Below are positions 24,086 to 36,138 of a DNA stretch of 64,000 bases, one piece after another (positions within the stretch are counted from its first letter, which is position 1; each line of letters begins with the position of its first letter). The notes beneath the pieces were generated by a model that saw nothing but the letters and a program-made list of their open reading frames with translations, had not been told where the DNA came from and searched no databases. The translations under genes were made by a program, and so were the position numbers. Origin of the DNA: Fimbriosthenelais zetlandica (lineage: Eukaryota); contig OZ365118.1 in NCBI GenBank assembly GCA_977030845.1, positions 19,406,001-19,470,000 of the forward strand. Direction: 5' to 3'.

Positions 24086-27000
24086 CCATTTCCCTCACTA
24101 CTCATTTACACAGTGGGTAACGCAGTATGTAGGGCCACCTGGTCGGGGCGCCCCCGTGTGTCTCAGGCGGGAACTATAGACCAGCGTCCAGCAGCTATAG
24201 GGGACGCAGAGGGGACGCAGGTAAATTAATGAACTCTATATCAGCGAGCAGTGGGTGGTGTACTCAGATTAGACAGGTAACAGGACTTGGTGGATATAAA
24301 GAAACAACCCTCACTCAGCCTCACTCATATTTCAAAGGCGCACCTCCAAACACCGGAGATGCCAGTCAATTCCTGCTTGACTCTTGTCTTCAAGCCATCT
24401 ATTTTCTCCAGAGGACATTAATTTTCTGTGGTGAGATCGAGTGCGATCCTTAAGCGATCTGTGGCATCAGTCAAATGTGAACCCCTGGTACCTGACATTG
24501 AGTGATTGATCTATACAGAAAACGTCTTATATAGCACTAGAAAAATCAACATTCATATAGGGGCCTAATTTAAAACTTGATTAAAAATGTGAGTTCCAAA
24601 ACTCCCTGGGATAATGTAATTTGCAGTCTGGCCCGGGTGGCTATCACATGCACCGTCTCCCACCTTTAAGCTGGTCATTATTTATGGGATCCAGACCACT
24701 GGTCAGCCCTGAGTGGACACTGTCCACCTACTCCCACCTACAAGGAATCCGGCCACCGTGAATGACCAGCTGAATGTAAATCAAGCACTGTTGGTTTTCG
24801 GTGGCGATCTCCCTCCCTGGCCATCAGGTCTCATATAGACTTAATTCAGTCTCTGGAACTTTGAACACATTGTAGTCAAGTGTTAGTGGAGGGCTTCAGG
24901 CGGTGGGAACTTCAGTTAATTCAATTATTTCTGGAATGATGAACATTTAATTCAATTCCAGAACATTCTTAAGACCTGATAAAAGGCAAAACAACATTCC
25001 TAGGTCAGTTGGTGGTGTCGCCATGCAGAGTGGCTACTTAAAACGGAAAATTCATTTCAGAATGAATAATGACCCCCAAAATAGTCTTCAGAAAAGGGGT
25101 ATTTGCTGCCCCACAAATCTTTGAATAATCAAAGCTATTTAATGCCTAAATTCAAGAAAATATTTACCGGAGATTAGAAGAGATTTGAGAATTCTAATAA
25201 TAGAACAAAGGTCATAAAGATATTGAAGTGCGGATCTCTTGTGACATGAGAGTTTAGATTAGAGGTGACAGATTTAAATATAGCTGGAGACAGCCCGAGG
25301 CGAGGGGCACGGGGGATCAGCTACCAACCCACACACTCCACATCTACACCCTCTAACCCAACGTCAACAAAGACACATGCCCTGAGAAAACCACCAGTTC
25401 TAAACACCCCCTCCCACCACTCTCCCTCCCACCACTATCACTCTCTAAATCCCTTTCTTTAGAGAGAGGCAGAGAGGGTAAACACGACCCTCGACCTTGC
25501 CCAGTACCTATTTCACAAATCCTCCTTCTACCCGGGTCCTCTTCCCCTAAAGCATGCTCCTATTCCATGTAAAGGTAAACATGTGTAGGTAGGAGAGTGG
25601 AGGAGGGGAGTAGAGGAGTGGGGTGGGTTTATGATTGGGCTGGCAGGGGGCATGCAGTTATATTTACATGTGAGATGGGGATGGGAGATGAATGACATAC
25701 CAGATAGTTACAATATAGAGTGAGAGGTTGAGAGGCAAGTCAACCCAAATACTGCTCCAATACACATATATCCCACTTAGATATTTGGTTTAGAAATTGA
25801 CATAAAAAAACAAATTTTCCAGTCAGAGATCAATGCACCAGGTGTAGACATGCAACTTTGATGCTCTGTTCAAACCATTAAAAAGTGTTTCAAGTTTAAA
25901 GTTTAAAAGGGAAAGCCTCAACACCTTTGTCGCCCCGCCCATTGTCCGCCCCATCATGAGAATCTAAGACCACACAGGGAAAAGGTTGCTGGCAAAAATC
26001 CATCTTTGACTATAGAATCCCAGCTTAATGTGACAGTGCGAGTCAAAAGACATGAAAGAGAGGTGAACTTTTACCCTCTACCTTCCATTAATGCTATGTG
26101 CAATACGAGCGCCGTTCTCTATACAAAAGGTGAGGCTGGGGTAGCATGGAAGACTTGCCCACAATATGCCACTAGGAGATGTACAAGGTGCTTGTCACTC
26201 GGCCGGCTGACCAGAGTGATCAATGACATGACGGACCATGGCATTGTTGACCTCTCTCACCTCTACTCACATGCTATTGTCACGTGGCAGCATGTCAGAC
26301 CATGGTCAGGGAGGGACATGACTCAGCAAAAATATCAGAATGGTGAAAAAACAACGTGTGGGGTGGTCAAGATAGTGCTAAATTCTTCTGTATAGATTAT
26401 CTTGAATAAAATGTATTTCGCATGCATTTTGAGACAGGCAAACTTTCCAGTAATATACTTAGTATGTTTCCAAGGAGATTCTAGAAGATAGCCCTTTATT
26501 CCTCATTAAAAATAGGGGCAATTATTTTAACAAAGATGTATTTTAGAGTGAGGATGGGCGTGGTAATATATATATAGATCTAATCAGAAATATCTCTGTA
26601 AGTTTCTAGGGAGATATTTTTTTATAAAAAGAGGAATTTTGAAGGGTGGTAGAATCGCTGATGTCAGTTAGGACTGGGTGAGCTAATTGGCATCGTCTAT
26701 TGTGCCCAGATGTGGAGGGGAGGAAGACAAGGCCATAACTGTCACACAGAATCCTCGTTATTAATGTTAGTGGTCTTTTCTACCAGATATCACATATCAC
26801 GGTAAATAAGCTAGACTTCCCCTCCACTTTACAGGCCTGAGTGACATGATGCCCTACCTTTAATTAATAGGTAACTGTATGAACATCCAATAATACACTC
26901 ACCATTATGATGTATGGAATCCAAGCTACACCTGAATCTTTACAAATCAACCGGTATGGGTTACCAAAGGTCAACCCTGTCTACCGTTAAAGCTAGCGTT

Positions 27001-27368
27001 TTAATTGCCTATATTCACGTTTCTATAGATGAGAGGTGATGAAATAGGATTATGTGAGCATAATGCACTGCAGGTAGTGTTTCTTCACTGAGAGCAGTGA
27101 TAGGGAGCCACCATTGGTCTGTTAGGTCACTCTCACTCTCTATCTATCACTGTCAGGCCAGCACTGTACTTCTTGAGAGGCTATTGAGACTTGTATTTCT
27201 AAAGGCATTCACTTAGGAGTGGTATGCATCACCTTGCATAATCATATTCAGTGTTAATACTCTGACATCTTGACAGAACCAGTGGTCACATCCATACATC
27301 ATGTGACAGACACACTAACGCTACGAGAGTCCGCGCACACATTTCATAATAGATATTACAAGAATGCT

Positions 27369-27414
27369 TTATGAAACGCGGGTCTTATTATGAAACGGGG
27401 TCTGATTATGAAGC
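27369..27414 (+). repeat. 18-19-bp tandem repeat, about 2.5 copies
   Basis: TTATGAAACG(C)GGGTCT(T/G)A units at 27369, 27388, 27406. Confidence 0.8.
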
Positions 27415-28572
27415 ATGGTTCACATGATGTGACATGCTGGGTGACCCTGAGGGTCAGTGGAGGCTCAATTAGTTGACTACACCCATACAAGGTGTGACAA
27501 AGTGGACATAACCCGACCCTAACAAACCCCAACCCGTGTGACAGGGGTTCCACCCCAAATATGACTGATTACCCACATAAAATATGTGTGCTCTGAAACG
27601 GACTGAAATAATTAATTTTAAATATGGTCCAATTGATAAAAAAAAGTATGATTCCTTAAGTTATTCCCTTAAGAAATATCAATACGTTTTTTCCAGTTTC
27701 CTGTGTGAAAATATGATTTGATGCCTTCCTCTGTATAGAGAATAGCATTATTTCCACAGTTATTCATGCTTCATCGACTACCTGATTCTCTCTAAAAATA
27801 TTTTCTTTTCAAACTTTTCACAATCATCTGTGAGGTATTGTAGCTCTGCACCTGTAGTGGGTTTATTGAATTTGGTTGTAAAGCGTTGAACACATGTAGA
27901 AATAGAGACTGGTGACTTTTGTCTCCATGCATGTCAGGTTTGTAAAGGGGCGAGTTAAGCCATGGCCGCCATATTGTCAGAGGATTAGTGAATGTATGAG
28001 GGAGCATGTTAGAATATGGCGGGAGATGAACAAGTGTGGATCAGAACAATACAACAACTGGTATTACTTTCACAACTACACTTGTTACTACTCATTTATG
28101 GACATTTATGACGCGAAACAAATCACTAAAAATACTTTAAGTTCTTATACATTTTAGTCTTAATTTTACCTAGATATAAAATCCAGAAAATACAATATGT
28201 TGAAACTCGATAGGGAAATTATAAAATAAAATGAATTTAATTAGTAAATCAATATTTATGATAGAAATGAATATTAGTGGGTGTAAGAGATTGAGAACCT
28301 GTCCAGGACTGTCCCATAACGGTTCCACATGCTCCTGTCACCTAATACCGGTCAACATGCGGGCTAGTTAACCATCACTGCCCAGCATGATTGGCTAGCA
28401 TATTTTGGGTGCACACATCATGTAAAATGAACCCCCATCTGTGACCCAACAATGAAAGTGATACCTGGTGCCATATGAGGGAGCATGACCGGCACGGGCG
28501 GGACATAATGTACATGTTATCACATGTTATCTCAGTACCCTTCCCATCATGCATCCTCTCACTGTTACCATC

Positions 28573-28586
28573 GTTGCCGGGGTAAC
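28573..28586. promoter_or_regulatory. RFX X-box
   Basis: GTTGCC-GG-GGTAAC, strict consensus match. Confidence 0.5.
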
Positions 28587-30113
28587 AGCTGATGACCTCG
28601 TCACAATGTGCCTGTACAGAATGGGTCGTGTCCGCGTCCATTCACCATCCGTCAAACCCAGGTCATGTATGTCTTATATCATTAATAAGGTGCCATACTT
28701 TATTATGATAAATCTGGTAATAATGTGCCAGGGATTAGTTTGCTATGCCGGGGGAGAGAATAGAGTGAGGGGAATACATTAACGGCAATTATCATGCATT
28801 GTGGCATGAAGCTGTACATGTGAACAGGGAAATCAGTGCTGGTCACATGTATACATCCTCTCTATACCACGAGAACTGGCTACACTCTTAAAATAACGTA
28901 TTTTCCCAGGCAGAATAGTCCCAGAAAAGTGTCAAAGTGTGAGCATCACTCTGTGAAGTTCTGAATAGAACCAAGACCTAGAAGGGCTCTGCCCCATGTG
29001 TGTTTTATCTGAGGTATCGGTTAATATGGAGTCTGTTATAGGCCTATATTGAGATAATTTTGGAGCACTATATGTTTTGCTATTGCTTCTGAGATGAAGA
29101 AAATCTTCCCAATCAACTTAAGACCTCTCTTACCTCATAAAAGAATGAATATTCCAGTGTGAAGAATATGACGGAGTAGTATATCTAGAAAGGCCCTCCA
29201 TCCACTCTTGGTGGCGTCTTATCAAATGTTCCTCTCTCTACTCTCCTCCACCTCAGCCCTGAATGACAATAGCCTTGATGACGGGGAGAGGAAGGGGTGG
29301 GGTCCCGGCCCCCGGCTTTTGATATAAAGCGCCATCAAGGCTTTGTCAATGGTCAGGGGATTTGTGGGGCAATTTTGTGGAGTGACCAAACTAGTGAGGC
29401 AGAAAAAGAGATAGAAACCCGGTGAAAACATGAGGCATTGAGCCATGGGACTGTTTGATTAGGTTTTTATAAAGCAAAGGGTCCTGACCTCTGGTCCTGC
29501 CTTCAGGTACGCCTATATAAAGGTAAGGTATATAGGTGGAAATAGCCTTTGCACCTGAGTTTCCAGTACTTGCTATACCTGAAGTACTCACATACAGGTA
29601 GATTCATCACTTAACCGGACAGAGTTAGAAAATTAATCGATTTGAGACAAGGGTATCAAATGTGTGCATTGATTCATGCACCGAGTAACATATGGTGTTT
29701 CCTTTTGGAGGCCATCTTAAATTTACAAGCAATATCAGTAGATCTGTGTAGAGAATCAGTTTGGTTGCTATCACTTGTACTCATCTAACTCTGTACAAAT
29801 CAGACTCTCTACCTTTCCCTTTCAAGTCTCCGTACAATACGCGATCCTCGATCATCTGTATTGACAGGAGATAGAGTGTAACCAGAGGGAGCTCACATTT
29901 ATCATCTCTCATCTCAGTCTACTGGGATGATTATTCATGGAGTCTCGGGGAGGGAGCGCTGATAATTTGCTGTTCAAATTGCAGGAATAATGAAGCTTGG
30001 TGGGGACTTCTGTGTCTAATCCATCATTGACCTAATGAAGACTGTCCGGCGAGTCTTTCTCATATTCTCCCTCGTATATCAACTCTCTAATCATCATCGC
30101 TCAAATCCCTCAG

Positions 30114-30225
30114 TCTTGTGTACATCACAAAAGCCGACCGTTGGTCCTTTTTGCAACGCAACGCGCGTCGCGCGCACCAAACGGCGCGCGTCAGAAAGAA
30201 GTTGACAACTCAGCAAGAGGAGAAG
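30114..30225 (+). CDS. Candidate internal exon (LVYITKADRWSFLQRNARRAHQTARVRKKLTTQQEEK); product unknown
   Basis: CTAAT branch-like motif at 30087, pyrimidine-rich run and CAG acceptor at 30113, open frame, AAG|GTCAGT donor. No recognisable domain. Confidence 0.2.
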
Positions 30226-33132
30226 GTCAGTGGTCAAAATCCGCCTCCTGCCCTCCCGCTGAGTGGTCAAGTTTGTAGCCAACTTACTAGTGTTTCTCCC
30301 GAGTGTAGCCAATTCAGTAGGCCAAGGGAACACAATCTTGTTTCCATGATATAGACCTTACTTCATAAAATGGTCAGAATCCCCCTGAAGAACACTCCAA
30401 CAGATTATTAGTTAAGGAAAATATAGTATCTGTTGAAATGAAACTGAAATCCCAAGTCTAAAGTGATATACCATCCCAAGACCTCTTAATGGATTCAAGT
30501 GAGAGGTTGAGAACCAGTCTTCCCATCGTCTTGGCCTCAGCCTCTCATCTCGTACAAAGTTAATTAGGCCGCGCGCTGATCAAAGCCCGCCACACCTCGC
30601 GGTACAGCCATCCTATACAGGTGGGGCTGGTGGTGTTGTGGGGTCGGATCAATCACAGACCTGCTGACAATGCCGCCTGACAATGCCTGCTGTATTTTTA
30701 ACGCCTGTCAGCTATGTATCAATTTGCCACCTCCTGGTTTTTGTAATGGTGTAAATGGTGGGACGATGGTCGCATTGTTTGCTCCTTCATTAGGTGAACC
30801 GATCTCGCGTGAGGCGCCCAGTCGGAACAGGGAGGGCGATGGTCGACAAAAGGCAAGTGTATTAATGACTTTACCAAAGGCTGCAATCCCTGCACACTTT
30901 CATTTATAGCCCCAATGAAAAACCCTCTCTCCATTCCCTTATCCATAAACTCCAAAAATACCCATCAAAATAGTGAACAATTCGAGCTTGAGATTCCTCA
31001 ATTTCATGGCTACATTATGTTCAGCTCTCACTTTTAAATAAACCCTCATTATGCAGAAAACCCACATTTTTCTCATCTGCTTTAAGTCAAGCAAACAAAA
31101 AACCAGGCCGTACCCCCCTGTTCTCCCAGGGTCTTTGTTATAGCCCGATATCTCCACAATAAAAGCGCTGTGATTACCCCATGAACGGTAACCCTAAACC
31201 ATGATGTGCTTTTGGATAATATTGGTGGAAAACAGAAGAGTAAAGCTTTCACTTATAATGGCCAGGTCGCCCAATGATCAGCAGATGTTTACCCAATGCA
31301 TGATGTCAAGCCATTTTTTAATTAATACCTCTCTCCACATAATGCCTGTGACAGGCTTGTAAGGCTGAGATGCTATGCAGGGGGTGACTTGGTACCAGAT
31401 GTCCCCCACCCCCTCCACCCCATGTCAGGTAAGAACCATGATAGGGTTAGCAGCATCATTCTCTACCATACCCTACAGCTATAGCCCTCCACACGACATC
31501 TTTATGGGTGCAGGCTCTATCAAGGCTATATTTCACCTTGTGGTGAAAATTTATCAATTTTTAATGTCTTCTATGCGCCATACTTTCCACCGATTAAAAG
31601 CATACCCCTATACATTTATAATAACCCTTATGTTTCATTGAGATGAATTTGTTGACATTGAGAAATGTTTCTTTGTCAGGAAGGAATTTACTGGTCCACT
31701 TAAATTTATTAATTTTTTAAGACAAATTTGTTCTACATGTCTTTAATATTGCCAGGCTTGAGTTCCTGTAGCACGCCCAGTTATAAGCTGCCAATGTTTG
31801 GACAAGGGCCAAAAATCAAGAGAACTTTCATGATGTTTCGAGAAAAATTGGGCTAATTACTATAATAACGCCATTTACAATAACGGGAATTAACACCCGG
31901 AAAAACATTTAAACCCGAGTAAATGGGAGGTGACTGGGGGGAGGGGAGCATTTGAAATGTGGAGCAGGAATCTGTGACATGGATGTGACACAATTGTGGA
32001 GTGGGAGGAGAAGATGTCACACATGGATGAACTCGTTTTTTACCTGCCGTCATGCTTTACTGAATTCCATTCAGTGTCAACCTTCTTTTTTGTCAACAAA
32101 CTATGTGAATTTAGCATGATCCTTGACCTAAAACCGAGGCACGCCGGAAATATGCATACAATGCATCTCAGGGTCGTCAATTGTCAACATTAAATGGCTG
32201 CATTCTTTATATAAAAATTACACACAAAACGGGCTTAAATTAGCTCCCATTTCTACGGGTGAGAAGTCACCATGAAAGGGGTATTTTAACTGATAACGAG
32301 AATAACTAAATTCCAGTCCAAATACAGGGAAAATTGATCATTTTGATATGAAATTGATTTTCCTTCTACTGGTGAATCCATCCACATTAACAGTAAATTG
32401 TTAAAGTGAAATATTTTCAGGCAAATATAAGATATTTCAGACTTCTATTGGGGTTCAGACCTCATTCAGAGTTCATTGTTTTGATGGGTGAACACTTGGT
32501 TCAAAACCCAGAAAATAATTGATGATAAAAAACTGACCTATTTTATGATAAGAATCAGACAGTCAAAACACGGCCTATACCCCACCCGTTTAATCTTCCC
32601 CTATCTAGTCCACTATCTCACTTTATGTCCTTTTTGTGTGAATTCAATTACACAATGGCATGATTCCTGGCAGATAGAATGCCTTATCTGGGCCAAATGA
32701 TTTTTTCTGCTCTTCTCTACTGGCGAAATTATCTGTGGGTAATTGCAGTCGCAGTTTTATTGCACTATTTGAGTGTATATTGTATTTTGGCACAGGCGAT
32801 TCCATGCATGTGATGCCTCTCAACTCGCATGAGAGATCGCTATTTGTGATAAAGCATCCAACTGCGTTACTCCATGAAGCCCGTACTGAAGGCAGTAAAA
32901 GCAGCCAGCTGCTCCCACCAAATGACGAGCCCTCAATGACTTATACTGAAACCAGACTCACTTGATACACAACAACGAAGATCAACAATAAATATTAATT
33001 TATAATAACATTTCACGTCAAATATAAATAGACTAGGAAGCCCCTGACTGTTGCTGAGTATCTCTCGTTCAGGCCGGCTGTTAGGCCTGTTTTATTGGGG
33101 AGAATACAAACATGGCCTGTTTATTTGCTTGC

Positions 33133-33216
33133 CTGGCATCTTATTGACCTTCATGATGACTTGGACAGTTTGAGAGGTGGCTTTGTCCAGATATGTCACT
33201 CGTCCAATACAAACAT
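33133..33216 (-). CDS. Candidate exon (DVCIGRVTYLDKATSQTVQVIMKVNKMP); product unknown
   Basis: About 65-nt pyrimidine tract on the minus strand ending CCTGCCATGCAG at 33217; open frame; possible donors AAG|GTCAAT (68-nt exon) or CAG|GCAAGC (84-nt symmetric exon). No homology support. Confidence 0.2.
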
Positions 33217-33439
33217 CTGCATGGCAGGGAGGTAGAGAGAGGAGGAGGAGTGTGAGGGGGAGGGAGGGGAGGATGGGAGGAGGGGCTCTTGTTCTCGGAC
33301 TTGTTGTTCCAGGTAAAACAGGCACGCGCCCAAAATGATGACAGACAGAAAGTCGTCAACTTTAAAACAGATAACATCCACGGCGCATGCGTACAGAGGA
33401 GAGACGCAGCAGCACCTGGTGTCGAATCCTCCCACTCAT

Positions 33440-33567
33440 CCTCACCCCCCTCCCCCGCTTCCTCACCCCCCCCCCTCCCCCGTTTCCTCATCCCCCCCCC
33501 TCCCCCGTTTCCTCATCCCCCCCCCCCTCCCCCGTTTCCTCATCCACCCCTCCCCTCATCCACCCCG
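33440..33567 (+). repeat. C-rich minisatellite CCTCATC(C)nTCCCCCGTTT, about 4-5 copies; G4 on the minus strand
   Basis: Directly visible units with variable C-run length. It generates the Pro/Ser-rich and Gly/Glu-rich ORFs of 33141-33616. Confidence 0.9.
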
Positions 33568-36005
33568 CCTAAACCTTACCTTCAAGGCCCATCTAACATA
33601 TAGCCATGAGAGATAAGTCTATTGTGAGTCCATCATAATTTAGCCAGTACCCCCGAGCACCACCATCAACAGTCGCGCAAAAAAGTCATTTATCAGAAGG
33701 CCGCATGGCGAGCAGAACATTGGCCACACTGGGGCGAGGGGCGTGAGAGTCGAGGCAAAAAGGGGTTTGCAGCAGGAGACCCCGGGCCCTCTGTCTCAGG
33801 CCTCTATTTCCATACCAATATAGCAGTAGGGAAACACTTACCACGGGGCTGAGCCTGCCCGATTAAACAGACAAGGAGGCAGCACCATGTTAAGCACCCA
33901 CCTCCGACCTCCTCCATCCCTTAAAGCTGGCTTAATTGATAAATGTTAACGCTCTGACCATTCAGGCATTTCACGCCTCGTGACCGGCAGGGAAACGCAG
34001 GCTTAACATCTGAATGCTCGCCATGAATTTATGCCAAGTTTAGATGTTATTCAAGAGAACTTCAAAGATTGTGACTAATATGTTGCAAATCCTAACACAA
34101 AGATTCCAACTGGAATCGCTATTCAAACACATTAAGCAATGTTAGGGTGAGATGTGGAACCAAGGTTGTTCTTGTATTTAATGAAATGGAAAGAAACCCA
34201 ACACCTTAAGTTCTACCTCGGGTAGTAAGATTGAAGGTTGGGTTTAACATTGTTAATTATAAAAGACTTCTCAAAGCCATTGAGCAATGTTATGGTGAGA
34301 ATTCATGTGAAATGTAGAAACCACATTGTCCTTGCATGTGTTGCTAAATGGAATGAAAACCAAACCCCTTGCTTTAAAACCCTGAAGTAGGGTTCTAGGG
34401 TTCTACATAGGGTTCTAAGATTCAAGTCAGGGGTTTGTATTGTGGAATATAAAAGACTTTCCATTGTTTAATGATAGAAATCTCGACAAATTTGGCCCCG
34501 CGGGCTGTGAACAACCCGCAGGTGGGCGGTACATCACCAAAGCGGGGTGCATACCAATCAACCCTCCACCCCAAATAACCACCACCACCAACCCTAACCC
34601 CCTACCCCGCTCATTGGGTATTTTGGTCGCAAAAAACCTTCATCAAAAGAATGGCCTAGCTCGGTGGTGGAAGTCTTTAATAGGTTTAATACCAGCGTTT
34701 TAATTATGCCAGGCTCGGGGGGCTATCCTCAATACATACCATTCGGTACAAGTCGAGGAGAAAATTGATGAAAGAATTATGCATGCAATGTGCCAAGGGC
34801 GAGATATTCTATACTATGAGGATTACTAGCACCTCTCCTATACCTGCTAGTTTGTACCTTACCAGATCCACTCACGATTATTGTCATTTAAATAAAGTAT
34901 AACCTACTTCAAAAAACACACACTGAGTTTACCCCGGACATCATTAGTCACCTTCTAATCAGGAGCTTCATTTAAATCTCTAACTAGGCCGGCTACTATC
35001 TCACATATCACTGACCGACTGACCCACCAATTAACTACTGTTTTAAGTGAATATATCAGATTAATTAATGAAAATACTCTATGATTAATGGGTAGAGGTT
35101 TTTTAACTGAAAAAAGACACTGCATTGATTATTCATCCTAATTATGTTTACTTTGATATTCACAACTGACCACCAATAAGTGCATTATGAATTTTACGAC
35201 CATATTAATGAGAAGCCTGACAGGAAATGTACGAGGTAGGGGAGTCCTGCCTCACAAATAAAAGCCCTGGCATCAAGCCTCGGTCAGTTCTACCAGAGAG
35301 GCTCTATGTATCTTTGGTTTTATTTTTAAATGTTTAGAATTGAGTTTTGGTGGACTTTTAGATGAGTGTAGTCTATGTCTATGTCGTGCAGCCTCCAGCA
35401 GTGTGCATGTATTTAGAGCATGAAGTTTACAACTGCCTCTTGTTATCCTCTAACACACGCCCACGGCAGAACATTCACAGACTAGAGCTGACGAAACTAA
35501 TCAAATAAGGCGAGGTCTGAATACAGGGAGAAAACTAGCCAGGTCAGGTCCAGCAGCATCATATACAGGCTGTTAAATGCCTCTCACAGCCTCTCACGGA
35601 CCAGGGAGGCTCACTCAAGAGGCTTGGGAAAATCTGCAATGTTCATGCTCATGTGAAATAGAAGAATGCAGCACCCCAGGGACATATATCTCACATTGCT
35701 TCATTTTGTCTATTTTTCCCTTTTATATCAACACTTAATTTAACTGAGGGGAATATAGATGGTTTTGCTTGGTTTTCTATTAATATTAACCAATATAAAT
35801 GATCATTCTACCCTATATATCATTGGGTCTATGTGGATGAATTGTTGATCCAATCTCTGACCTTAAGATATCAAATATCGTATAGATTATTGGAACAAAA
35901 TCATTCTTCTCCTTGATAGTTTCCCTCCCCAAAAATAATACTATGTTAAGCCTATACTCTTGCCATCTGTGTCCACCCTGCTCATCTATCATTGTAGAGG
36001 GTGAT

Positions 36006-36138
36006 GGGTCAGTTATTATATTACTAGGGTCAGTCTGGATATGACCAGGGTCAGCCATCATGTGAGTGATGGTCAGTCATACTGACCCAGGTTACAGTAA
36101 CCTGGGTCAGTAGTACCCTCACCCTGGCTCAGTGGTCA
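36006..36138. repeat. Degenerate 21-bp GGGTCAG repeat containing a perfect 33-bp palindrome
   Basis: GGGTCA at 36006, 36027, 36048 and TGGTCA at 36070; TACTGACCCAGGTTAC-A-GTAACCTGGGTCAGTA at 36080-36112 (16-bp perfect arms). Confidence 0.85.

Noticed and set aside
29134-29184. 51-nt minus-strand exon IYYSVIFFTLEYSFFYE resembling a channel S2 helix
   Set aside because: Short resemblance only, and no neighbouring channel exons were found.
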